Shown: positions 8,136 through 17,024 of the stretch, piece after piece
Layout: each line of letters begins with the position of its first letter
Position numbering within the stretch: the first letter of the stretch is position 1
Source of the DNA: Corynebacterium amycolatum
GTDB taxonomy: Bacteria > Actinomycetota > Actinomycetes > Mycobacteriales > Mycobacteriaceae
Strand: one strand, 5' to 3'
DNA length: 32,000 bases
NCBI RefSeq assembly: GCF_049243625.1
Contig: NZ_CP046975.1
Translations under genes and position numbers: made by a program
The notes under the pieces: model-generated
The model's input: only the letters and a program-made list of their open reading frames with translations
Told to the model about the DNA's origin: nothing
The model's database searches: none

Positions 8136-8999
8136 CTACTTCCCGCGCTTAACCCCTTTAATCCGCTTCAGCTGCTTGCCCTGCTGCTCTTTGCTGCCCA
8201 TGCGATAGTCCATGCGGCGCTGCCCGCGCTGCAGCTCGCGCGTCTCCGGCTTTTCCACCACACGGGTGTGGACCGAAAGCTCATGGCGACCTCTCCCCAG
8301 TGGATCACGTGAGGCAGCCATTGCAATCCAGCCGGCCAGGCCCGCAGAGACAAACCAACCGGCGACCGGAATCATCGACGGCAGAATCCAGGCATTGCGC
8401 ACAAAACCATCGCGGGCTGAGACTGGCATCCCGTGTGCACCTTCGATTTTCATGCCCATGGCGTGTTTACCCGGCGACCCGTCGAAGATGGAGTCCCCCG
8501 CCACGCGGTAGAGGTAAAAACCACCGGGACCGAGGAAGAGGCTGATCAGCATCACCATTACGCCGCTGTCCGATGCCCCCACGATGCTAGTGAGAACTGC
8601 AATGGAGGCGATCAATGCAGTGTAGATGACAGAATCCACCAACAGCGCACCACCACGACGTGCCACTGAGCCATTGGCCAGATTGGGGTCAAAGCCGAGG
8701 TGTACCGCCATTTGAGCGGTCAGCGGCGCGACTTTGGGATTAGCACTGAGCGCACCGAAGGAAGACGCCCCATAGCTAGCGGGGTACCCGCTTTCATAGC
8801 CGACCGGAATGTTTGCTACCGGATATGGCACTTCCTGATACGGCATTGCCGCATCGTACGCCGCATATGCGTCGTGTTCCCGATAAACGTTCCTGCCACT
8901 ACTACCCAGGTAATCCGTCGGACTGTACTCGCCGCCGTAACGGCGATCGTCCCAGTTAGCCAACCTCGAAACTCCCTTTCCTACCGGGCTTCCGCCCAC
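8136..8999 (-). CDS. RDD-family integral membrane protein
   Basis: The N-terminus is Tyr/Pro-rich and the body is an RDD-type TM domain (RRGGALLVDSVIYTALI...YRVAGDSIFDGSPGKHAMGMKI). The start is ambiguous: GTG 8999, or TTG 8963 with a GGAAAGGGAG SD. Confidence 0.7.
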   Translation of the reverse strand: MGGSPVGKGVSRLANWDDRRYGGEYSPTDYLGSSGRNVYREHDAYAAYDAAMPYQEVPYPVANIPVGYESGYPASYGASSFGALSANPKVAPLTAQMAVHLGFDPNLANGSVARRGGALLVDSVIYTALIASIAVLTSIVGASDSGVMVMLISLFLGPGGFYLYRVAGDSIFDGSPGKHAMGMKIEGAHGMPVSARDGFVRNAWILPSMIPVAGWFVSAGLAGWIAMAASRDPLGRGRHELSVHTRVVEKPETRELQRGQRRMDYRMGSKEQQGKQLKRIKGVKRGK

Positions 9000-9084
9000 C
9001 TTGTTCGCTTTTGTCCGCTTATTTTGTCACTGCTTTGTTCAACGCATAAGGCCGCCGTTTCGTTCCCCTTTTACAATCGTTGAT

Positions 9085-9882
9085 ATGCGAATCTGTGTCT
9101 GGAACGTCAATTCGGCTCGAACTCGCCTCGACCGAATGGTGGAAATGCTGCGCCGGAATGACATTGATGTCCTGGCCGTCCAGGAAACCAAGTGCAAGGA
9201 CGACCAATTCCCCACCGCTGCTTTTGAAGAGCTGGGATACCAAGTCGCCCACCACGGCCTGAATCAGTGGAATGGCGTTGCCATCATCTCCCGCGTCGGC
9301 CTTGAGGACATCCAGGCAGAGTTCCCCGGTCAGCCCGGTTTCAACAAGGACCCCGACGCAACTCCCGCATTGGAGGCCCGCCATATCGCCGCTACCTGCG
9401 GTGGTGTGCGCGTCCATAGCCTCTACATCCCGAACGGCCGCGACATCACCGACCCGCACTTCGAGTACAAGCTCGAATTTCTGGAGCGGCTCCGTCAGCA
9501 CATCATCGCCACGCTTGACGACGCCCCGGAGGCCACCTTCATGATGGGCGGCGACTTCAACATTGCCCCGACCGACGGCGATGTCTGGTCAATGGCAGCC
9601 TTCGCAGGGAAAACACATGTCACACCGCCTGAACGCGCAGCTTTCTATGCGCTGGAGCAGGCGGGCATGAAGGAAGTGACTCGCCAATTCACCCCAAACC
9701 AGTGGACCTACTGGGATTACAAGGCTGGCCGCTTTTTCAAGGATGAGGGCATGCGCATCGACTTCCAGCTCGCCTCCCCCGACCTCGCGGCAAAGGCGTC
9801 CGCCGGATTCATCGACATCGAAGAGCGTCAGGGCAAAGGCGCATCCGACCATGCTCCGGTGATTGTGGATTACGAAGTGTAG
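9085..9882 (+). CDS. xthA: Exodeoxyribonuclease III
   Basis: MRICVWNVNSARTR...VLAVQETK at the N-terminus and ASDHAPVIVDY at the C-terminus are typical of the ExoIII/EEP fold. ATG 9085 was chosen within the longer ORF that starts at 9001. Confidence 0.92.
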   Translation: MRICVWNVNSARTRLDRMVEMLRRNDIDVLAVQETKCKDDQFPTAAFEELGYQVAHHGLNQWNGVAIISRVGLEDIQAEFPGQPGFNKDPDATPALEARHIAATCGGVRVHSLYIPNGRDITDPHFEYKLEFLERLRQHIIATLDDAPEATFMMGGDFNIAPTDGDVWSMAAFAGKTHVTPPERAAFYALEQAGMKEVTRQFTPNQWTYWDYKAGRFFKDEGMRIDFQLASPDLAAKASAGFIDIEERQGKGASDHAPVIVDYEV

Positions 9883-10124
9883 ATAAACGGGCAGAAAAGC
9901 GCGTAGGCCTAGTTCCTGCTAGGGGGTGTCGCTGGGGCCGTCGTAAAGCGGAGTCTTTGCTGCCAGCCCCTAAAATCAGGGGCAGAAATGGGCGATAAAG
10001 CACCCGCACAACACTTATGAGCCTAACTTTTTGTTCAATCTACAAATTTTCACCACAGAAAGTTATTTCGACGATATAAGGTGTTTAATCAGAACATCAA
10101 TTCATTACGTCGGGAAGGAAGATC

Positions 10125-10688
10125 ATGACTTCTGCACGCTCCCCTCAGCGCACCACTACCCCGGAGCCAGCGAGCGGCTTCCCCACCGCGGATGACTCGA
10201 CTGAGTCCGATGAATCCCTGCGCGAAAGCGTGCAGAAGATTTCCATCGGCCTGTATGACTTCCTTGCGTCGACTCGCCGCCTCGGTGAGCGCCCGAATGC
10301 CAGGATGGACATTTCCCAGTCGGAAATGGAAGTACTGCACTTTATTTCAACCCACCCGGGCTGCGGCGTATCCGACATTGCACGCCTGCGTTTCCTACGC
10401 CCATCCAACGTTTCGGCAACAGTTCGCCGTCTACTCGACAACGGACTGATTGAACGCGAGAACAATGCAAAGGATCGCCGTGCGCAGAACCTCTATGTCT
10501 CCAGCGATGGCGAGACGCTGCTGGAGCAACTTATCGACCACTGGGGTGCGCTGGTGTACGAAATTGTGCGGACAATGTCGCAAAAGGACGTTCGTGCGCT
10601 AATTAAGGCACTGCCTTCGCTACTGAAGCTGGCGGAGCACTCGGAAAGCTATGTTGAGGAGCACCAGCGCCGCCAGGAGCCGTTCTAA
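10125..10688 (+). CDS. MarR-family transcriptional regulator
   Basis: The winged-HTH region reads SQSEMEVLHFISTHPGCGVSDIARLRFLRPSNVSATVRRLLDNGLIERENNAKDRRAQNLYVS. A GGAAGGAAG SD lies upstream. Confidence 0.88.
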   Translation: MTSARSPQRTTTPEPASGFPTADDSTESDESLRESVQKISIGLYDFLASTRRLGERPNARMDISQSEMEVLHFISTHPGCGVSDIARLRFLRPSNVSATVRRLLDNGLIERENNAKDRRAQNLYVSSDGETLLEQLIDHWGALVYEIVRTMSQKDVRALIKALPSLLKLAEHSESYVEEHQRRQEPF

Positions 10689-10721
10689 AAGCGCGCCGCC
10701 AAGCCCTTCTTACTAGGTACG

Positions 10722-11048
10722 ATGATGCTTATGGCTATTACTTTGAAGAAGGCAAAAGACGTAAAGACCGCTCCGCTCGTGGCCACTGGCCTCATCGGCG
10801 GCTGGCTCACCGCTCGCGAAACAGGCATTCGTCCGCTCGGTGGCGTCATCTTGGGTGCCGCCGGCGCATACGCAGCACGCACCTGGAACGCAAAGACCGG
10901 CGCCCTGGGAGCCGCTGGCCTAGTGGCCGCCTACCTCGGCGCTTTCGGCCTCTCACACCCGCTGGCTAAGAAGATTGGCGCATGGCCGTCCGTCCTAACC
11001 GTCACCGCGCTGGCCGCTGGCGCGGCAGCAGTTGCCGACTCCAAGTAG
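10722..11048 (+). CDS. Small Gly/Ala-rich membrane protein, function unknown
   Basis: This 108-aa ORF begins 33 nt after marR on the same strand. It has predicted TM segments with GxxxG/A-type packing motifs. I recognise no family. Confidence 0.55.
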   Translation: MMLMAITLKKAKDVKTAPLVATGLIGGWLTARETGIRPLGGVILGAAGAYAARTWNAKTGALGAAGLVAAYLGAFGLSHPLAKKIGAWPSVLTVTALAAGAAAVADSK

Positions 11049-11085
11049 TCGACGCAGGGAGCGCCGGTAGGTGCGAAGCCGACAC

Positions 11086-11589
11086 CTAGTCAAGGGCCTC
11101 CAGCAGTTTCTCGAGGTGCGCGCGCACCCGGGGCCACGATTCCACAAAAGGCGGCAGCAGATCGAGGCTGTCGACGTCGTCAAGCGGAACCCAGCGCAAC
11201 TCTAGGGACTCCTCGTTCGGATTCGTCTCCAGCTCTTCGGCAGCTAGTGCGTAGACCGTGTGGTATTTCCAGCCGCCGGCGAGCTCGGGGCGATCCGGAT
11301 CGGCCGGGAAGGGACCGGTGGTGACCTGCGTGTCGAGGATGCGAAGCTGATGCTCCAGCAGCCCAGTTTCCTCAGCCGTTTCACGCAGCGCGGTCGCCTC
11401 AGGAGTCTCATGAGAATCACAAGCCCCACCAGGAACACCCCACGTTAGGGGGAACGATGTCCAGTCAGCTCGATGCTGCATAAGCACAGTGCGCTGAGGG
11501 CTCACAATCAGCAGCCCTGCAGCTCCGAAGCGTCCCCAGCAGCGCGTACCGCTGGGGCCGGCTGCCCAACCATTTCCATCCTGAAGCAT
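11086..11589 (-). CDS. NUDIX hydrolase
   Basis: The Nudix box GGACDSHETPEATALRETAEETGL is present. Confidence 0.88.
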   Translation of the reverse strand: MLQDGNGWAAGPSGTRCWGRFGAAGLLIVSPQRTVLMQHRADWTSFPLTWGVPGGACDSHETPEATALRETAEETGLLEHQLRILDTQVTTGPFPADPDRPELAGGWKYHTVYALAAEELETNPNEESLELRWVPLDDVDSLDLLPPFVESWPRVRAHLEKLLEALD

Positions 11590-11724
11590 GTCTCCACCCT
11601 ACGCCAGATACCCTTGTGTTTTCCGTCACAAGCCCGAGCGACTAAGATTTGCAAGGAACTAACGTTGCTCTGAGCGGAGAGATTGTCGCAGGCGACTTCG
11701 GTCACGTCGGAAGGACACGTGCAC

Positions 11725-13383
11725 ATGGGTGAAACCACTTCAAGTGCGCCTCATTCCCGTGCCCACGACAAAAACCGAAACCCATTCCACCGCAAGAATC
11801 GTGCTCCACGCCGAACTCGTTTCAGCGGTCGCACCACTCCCGGTGGCGAAAGCTTAGACACACACACTGCAGCTCAGGCGGCAAAGGAATCGAAAGATAC
11901 TCCCGACACCACCCCGGCTACCGAGAGTGCGGCACCATCAACTGCTCTGGAAACTACAGAGTCCTCGGCTAATGCCCCAGCAACGGCCGCAGCCCCAACA
12001 GCCCTAGCAGACTCTCCGCGTGATACCGACCTGCGCGTGGATGCCCTGGAAATTGGCCCGCGCAACCGGAGATTGACACGTTTTCTCGGTGAGCGTCTCT
12101 ATGACAAGCTCGGCCCGTCGGCCACGTATGTGCGCCGGTCAGCGTCATTTTTGATGACGTCGCCGGGCCGATTGACCACAGTCGCCCTCATCCTCATCGT
12201 CGCTATTCTGGCCGCCGGCCTATCCATGTGGCAAACAACCTCGCAACGCCAGCAGCAGCTCACCCGAATTTCGCAGCTGAGCGAGCCGATGGCCAATGCC
12301 TCGCAGAATCTCTATGCCTCGCTGACGATTGCCGATGCGTCGGCCAACACCGCCTTTTCCCGCGGCACACTCAACAGCAGCCAGGACTTGGTCAGCAACT
12401 TCGACGATGTCATCGCACAAGCGTCCATGTCCGCTACCCGCGCAGCTACGGGCATTGAAAACGTCGATGCCCCAGAGATGAAGAATATCGCGACTGTACA
12501 GCGGCTGTTGCCGGTCTACACCGGCATGGTCGAGACAGCTCGCGCGAATGCGCGCCAGGGCAATCCCGTCAGTGTCGCGTACCTCGCCTCTGCCTCAAAC
12601 TTGATGCAGGTCCAGATTCTGCCAGCTGCAAAATCGCTCTACGAACGCACCAGTACCACCACTAATGATGAGCAGCGCCAACTATCAAAGCCGCCTCTTT
12701 TTCCGATGTCAGGCCTGGCAGCGGCAATTTTGATGCTGCTAATCACGCAGTGGTGGCTGACTCGCCGCACCGGTCGACTATTCAACGTCGGCCTGTTTGG
12801 TGCAACCATGCTGATGGCCATCGCGCTTGTCGGTGTGGGAATTGCCACCACTCAGCCGTGGCAGTCCAACTCTCTCTTCGGAGAGCAGCGCCCGGATGTT
12901 CATGCCCTAACCGAAGTGCGCATTGATGCCCAGCAGCTACGCGCCAGCGAAACCCTCGGCTTAGTGCGCCGTCAGCCCGCGGATGCGGAGTCCTTCTCGC
13001 AGTCGGTGCGCACCCTGGTCGACGAGCTGGAAAGAGTGGACGCCAATGCGCCGGACGACGATGTCAGAGCCGCCATCCACGGTATCTACAGCTGGGAGTC
13101 CGGTCACAACCTGATGATGGAGCACTTGAGTTCAGGCGACTACGCCGGTGCGGTTCGCATCGCGACCGATGTGGATAATGCCAGCTCGTCGGCGGCTGCG
13201 TTCAACCAGGTCGATGAGTCGCTACAGAATTCCATCGCCGAGTCCCGCTTGACCGCCCGTGAGAACCTCGACCGATCCCGTCGCGCTATCGCGGCACTGT
13301 CCCTCGCCACGGTTACACTGACCGTCATCGCGGCAGTTCTGGTTGTTTTCGGCTTCCGACACCGGCTTCTGGAGTACCTATGA
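11725..13383 (+). CDS. glnX: GlnX-like integral membrane protein of the GlnX-GlnH-PknG sensing module
   Basis: It sits immediately upstream of glnH-pknG and is translationally coupled to glnH. It has four TM segments separating two large helical extracytoplasmic regions. ATG 11725 has a GGAAGGA SD, and TTG 11683 is an alternative start. Confidence 0.75.
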   Translation: MGETTSSAPHSRAHDKNRNPFHRKNRAPRRTRFSGRTTPGGESLDTHTAAQAAKESKDTPDTTPATESAAPSTALETTESSANAPATAAAPTALADSPRDTDLRVDALEIGPRNRRLTRFLGERLYDKLGPSATYVRRSASFLMTSPGRLTTVALILIVAILAAGLSMWQTTSQRQQQLTRISQLSEPMANASQNLYASLTIADASANTAFSRGTLNSSQDLVSNFDDVIAQASMSATRAATGIENVDAPEMKNIATVQRLLPVYTGMVETARANARQGNPVSVAYLASASNLMQVQILPAAKSLYERTSTTTNDEQRQLSKPPLFPMSGLAAAILMLLITQWWLTRRTGRLFNVGLFGATMLMAIALVGVGIATTQPWQSNSLFGEQRPDVHALTEVRIDAQQLRASETLGLVRRQPADAESFSQSVRTLVDELERVDANAPDDDVRAAIHGIYSWESGHNLMMEHLSSGDYAGAVRIATDVDNASSSAAAFNQVDESLQNSIAESRLTARENLDRSRRAIAALSLATVTLTVIAAVLVVFGFRHRLLEYL

Positions 13384-14459
13384 TCGTTCCGTTCTCCCCA
13401 TCACTCCGCGGTCTCGCCGGCTGGCGGCGCAGAGCCGTCCTTGGCGCACTCGCCGTCGCGGGCCTCACCGTCTGTGCCTGCGCGACCGATTCGCTTGCCG
13501 ACGATCCCTACTCGCGCACAATCCTGGAGGCCACCGGTGACTTTCCCCTGCCACCGGGCGCGTTCTACGACAAAGCCTCCTCGAGGAAGCCTGCGACAGA
13601 AGCCAACACGCCAGATCTGTCCACACTCGCCCCCGATGACCAAACGCCGGAAGAGCGAATCCCGGAGATTTACCAGCGCGGTCGCATCATCGTTGGTGTT
13701 GACCAATCATTGAACCTGCTCAGCTTCCGCGACTTCAGCACCGGAGAGCTTTCGGGGTTTGAGGTATCCCTGGCACAGGAGATTGCCCGGGACATCTTTG
13801 ACAATCCCGATGCTGTCGAGTTTCGGTTCGTCGACAGCAACGAACGCACCGCCGCACTCGAAGACGGCACCGTCGATGTCGTTTTGCGCACTATGACGGT
13901 CACCGATGCCCGGCGCGAAAAGGTGCTGTTCTCCGCACCGTATTTGACAGCACGAGCTGGAGTTCTCGTCTCTTCACCGGGTGGCGATGCTTCCCCCGAG
14001 GACGTCAAGGACGGTCGCATCTGCGTCTCCCGGGGATCTACTACCGAGGATTTGATTCGACGGCTCTCGCCGAACAATACGCTGCTGTTGGTCGGCAACT
14101 GGTCGGATTGCCTCATTTCACTTCAAAACAGCCAGGCAGAGATTGTCGTTGCCGATGACACCATCCTCGCTGGTATCAACGACCAAGATCCGGCCACCGC
14201 GATTGTCCAGCGGGGCTTGAACGAGGAAAGCTACGCGGCCGGTGTATCCCAGGGGAACCCAGGCCTAGTTCGCCAAATCAACGCGACCCTGGAGCGTATG
14301 GCAACCGATGGCACCTGGCAGTCCCTCTACGACACCTGGTTCGGCCCCTTCCTGCCAAGCGGTACACAGCCATCGCCACAGTACGGCGACGACGAAGACA
14401 TACTTGGAATCTCCCCCACACCGGAAACTGCTCCAGAAGGCGAGGTGGATAACCGATGA
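13380..14459 (+). CDS. glnH: Amino-acid (Asp/Glu)-binding periplasmic-type solute-binding protein GlnH
   Basis: Both ends have ATGA overlaps. There is a signal peptide with Cys residues (LTVCACATDS). The type-3 SBP fold is indicated by GRIIVGVDQSLNLLSFRD...VDVVLRTMTVT. It lies directly upstream of pknG. Confidence 0.85.
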   Translation: MIVPFSPSLRGLAGWRRRAVLGALAVAGLTVCACATDSLADDPYSRTILEATGDFPLPPGAFYDKASSRKPATEANTPDLSTLAPDDQTPEERIPEIYQRGRIIVGVDQSLNLLSFRDFSTGELSGFEVSLAQEIARDIFDNPDAVEFRFVDSNERTAALEDGTVDVVLRTMTVTDARREKVLFSAPYLTARAGVLVSSPGGDASPEDVKDGRICVSRGSTTEDLIRRLSPNNTLLLVGNWSDCLISLQNSQAEIVVADDTILAGINDQDPATAIVQRGLNEESYAAGVSQGNPGLVRQINATLERMATDGTWQSLYDTWFGPFLPSGTQPSPQYGDDEDILGISPTPETAPEGEVDNR

Positions 14460-16921
14460 GCGATGAAAACCAGTACTCCGAGCAAGCCCAGCAAGCCCAG
14501 CATCCGCAATACACGCCAGCGCCCCAGGAGGATGCTCACGCAGAGGCAGAGGCAGCTGCCACTCAGGCCGTCGCCTTCGACCCATTCGCCGATGAAGACG
14601 ACGAACAAGCGCCCGGCACTGCCGCTGTCGCCTTCGACCCTTTTGCGGACGATGATGACGATGACGAAGAGTTCGATATCGCCGAATTGTTGGGGCGCGG
14701 GGGCTCGTCGTCAAGCGTGACGACCGAACCCGGCACCCAGACACCAGATCCGTCGATGGCCTCGCACCGGAAAGCGTTGGAGGACTTTCGCCGGAAGCGA
14801 TCGACTGCGCACCGTGGACGCACCGTCGCCGACGGCATGGTGCACCTGCCGTACATCACAACGCAGGATCCGCGCGATGCAGTAATGAGTGATGAGAAGA
14901 TTCGCGCGACGAATAAGCCGACGCCGAGCCTGAAACCCGGCGATATCGTGGCGGATCAGTACGAAATTGTGGGCCCGATTGCCCACGGCGGTCTCGGCTG
15001 GATTTATCTGGCGATTGACCACAATGTCTCGGATCGCTGGGTCGTGCTCAAGGGCATGATGGCAGCGAAAAACGAGAAGGATTTCGCCGTAGTCCAGGCA
15101 GAACGCGAGTTCCTCGCGGAAATCTCGCATCCGGGAATTGTGAAGATCATCAACTTCATCGATGAGACGGACGCCAACAGCGCCACCGGCTTCATTGTGA
15201 TGGAGTACGTCGGCGGCCCGTCGTTACGCAAACAGCGACGGAGCTACCCTGACGGCGTCATGCCCTGTGACCTGGCGATTGGCTACATCCTGGAGCTACT
15301 ACCCGCGCTGGATTACCTGCACTCGCGCGGCGTTGTCTATAACGATTTGAAGCCGGACAACGTGCTGCTCAGCGAAGACCATGTCACGCTTATCGACGTT
15401 GGCGCGGTCACCGGCATCGGCGCCTACGGCCATATCTACGGCACGCCCGGATTCCAGGCGCCGGAGATTGCTACGACGGGACCGACGATTGCCAGTGATA
15501 TCTACACTGTCGGCCGCACGCTGGCCTCGCTGATTCTGAAGTTGCCGGCGACCAACGGCGTCTACGATCCGGGACTGCCCTCACCTGTCGAAGAGCCTCT
15601 GTTCCGCCGTTTTTACTCGCTCTACCGCTTTCTACTGCGCGCTTGCCACGAAGATCCGGAGGCTCGCTTCGGTTCTGCCGAAGAGATGAGTGTGCAGCTC
15701 ATCGGCGTATTGCGCGAGATTCTGGCGGTGCGCGACGGCGTGCAATTCCCACAGGCGGTGTCGAATTTCTCGCCGCAGCGTTCCACGTACGGCACCAAGC
15801 ACCTGGTGTTCCGCACCGACCAGCTTGTCGACGGCATCACCCGCGGCGTGGAAATCACTCCGCAAGAAGTGACCTTCGCGCTGCCTGTGCCACTGATTAA
15901 CCCGACAGATCCGGGTGCGCGCATCCTGAGCGCCTCGTCGTTTACGGAACCCAACGAACTAATCGAAACACTGACCAACGCACTGTCCGAACCCGAGTAT
16001 GGTTCTTCGGTGGAAATTCCGCTGGGCATCGTGCGTGCGAAACTGGACCTCGGATTAATTGATGAGGCCCGCGACAGCCTCTGCGATGTCTCTGAACGCT
16101 TGCAGCGCGATTGGCGTTACCACTGGTACGAGGGCGTGACTTATCTGCTTCTCGACCAATTCAACGATGCCCTCACCTCGTTCCACCACGTGCTGACAAT
16201 GCTTCCCGGTGAGCCCGCCCCGAAGTTGGCGCTGGCAGCGACTCTCGAGTTGATTCAACAGCGCTTGGGCATCGCCAACGCATCTCTCCTCGAGCCCTCT
16301 GTCGCCCGCGCCGCCGCGAACTTGAGCAGCGCGCTGGATAATGTCGCTGCCGATACGCCCGAAATCTTCTCCCCCGCCTGGGCCAGCGAGTCCCTGTCGC
16401 CTCAGACAATTCGTTTCAACACCCTGCGTCTCTACGCCGTCGTGTGGGCGGCCAACCCGACGACGGTATCCTCCGCCTTCGGGCTAGCTCGTCAGCTGGC
16501 CTCTGAGCGCCAACACGAAATGGCTATCTCCCAGCTTGACCGCGTTCCCGGTAACTCCCGCCACCATCGCATGGCACGTTTGACGACGATTCTGATGCTC
16601 ACCTCCGGGATGCCCTCCGAGTTGACCGAATCGAGAATTCGCCGTGCTGCGCGTCGCCTGGTGGAGCTACCAACAAATGAACCGCGCATGCCGCAGCTGC
16701 GCATCGCCGTGATGGCGTCCGCGCTGAACTGGTTGCGCAGCTCGAACCTCGACCATGCAGCTAGCTCCAATGGTCTTTTCGATGCGCCCTTTACCGTGGC
16801 TGGCCTGCGTGAAGGACTGGAAAAAGACTTACGGATGCTGGCGCGCTCTTCACAGTTTCCGCGACACCGCTACAACTTGGTGGATATCGCAAATCTCATT
16901 CGGCCACGAACTTGGCGTTAG
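14456..16921 (+). CDS. pknG: Serine/threonine protein kinase PknG
   Basis: The 821-aa protein has kinase motifs (GGLGWIYLA, VVLKG, YNDLKPDN, GTPGFQAPE). It has a C-terminal TPR-like domain and an acidic disordered N-terminus. The sequence is closely collinear with C. glutamicum PknG as I remember it. Confidence 0.95.
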   Translation: MSDENQYSEQAQQAQHPQYTPAPQEDAHAEAEAAATQAVAFDPFADEDDEQAPGTAAVAFDPFADDDDDDEEFDIAELLGRGGSSSSVTTEPGTQTPDPSMASHRKALEDFRRKRSTAHRGRTVADGMVHLPYITTQDPRDAVMSDEKIRATNKPTPSLKPGDIVADQYEIVGPIAHGGLGWIYLAIDHNVSDRWVVLKGMMAAKNEKDFAVVQAEREFLAEISHPGIVKIINFIDETDANSATGFIVMEYVGGPSLRKQRRSYPDGVMPCDLAIGYILELLPALDYLHSRGVVYNDLKPDNVLLSEDHVTLIDVGAVTGIGAYGHIYGTPGFQAPEIATTGPTIASDIYTVGRTLASLILKLPATNGVYDPGLPSPVEEPLFRRFYSLYRFLLRACHEDPEARFGSAEEMSVQLIGVLREILAVRDGVQFPQAVSNFSPQRSTYGTKHLVFRTDQLVDGITRGVEITPQEVTFALPVPLINPTDPGARILSASSFTEPNELIETLTNALSEPEYGSSVEIPLGIVRAKLDLGLIDEARDSLCDVSERLQRDWRYHWYEGVTYLLLDQFNDALTSFHHVLTMLPGEPAPKLALAATLELIQQRLGIANASLLEPSVARAAANLSSALDNVAADTPEIFSPAWASESLSPQTIRFNTLRLYAVVWAANPTTVSSAFGLARQLASERQHEMAISQLDRVPGNSRHHRMARLTTILMLTSGMPSELTESRIRRAARRLVELPTNEPRMPQLRIAVMASALNWLRSSNLDHAASSNGLFDAPFTVAGLREGLEKDLRMLARSSQFPRHRYNLVDIANLIRPRTWR

Positions 16922-16964
16922 CTCTGTACCAACTCTTTACTGAACCTGGTCAAACATGCGGTCG

Positions 16965-16983
16965 TGGGGTGAACGCCACCCCA
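16965..16983 (+). terminator. Possible stem-loop terminator after pknG (no U-tail)
   Basis: TGGGGTG-AACGC-CACCCCA forms a 7-bp stem 44 nt after the pknG stop. No T-run follows it. Confidence 0.3.
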
Positions 16984-17024
16984 GAATTGGTGAATAAAGA
17001 GAGAATTGCCGTTCGTGGTTTAAG

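Noticed and set aside
8110-8137. The pentamer GCCCT is repeated four times between the GNAT and RDD gene ends.
   Set aside because: The repeats are short and irregularly spaced, they form no hairpin, and they sit between convergent 3' ends. This is most likely chance or compositional bias.
9966-9983. The hairpin GCCCCT-AAAATC-AGGGGC downstream of xthA could be a terminator.
   Set aside because: The stem is only 6 bp and no U-tail follows on either strand, so I could not support a terminator call.
11068-11088. The inverted repeat TAGGTG-N9-CACCTA lies between the small membrane-protein gene and the NUDIX gene.
   Set aside because: The stem is 6 bp, it overlaps the NUDIX stop codon, and there is no T-run. 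The evidence is insufficient for a terminator or operator call.
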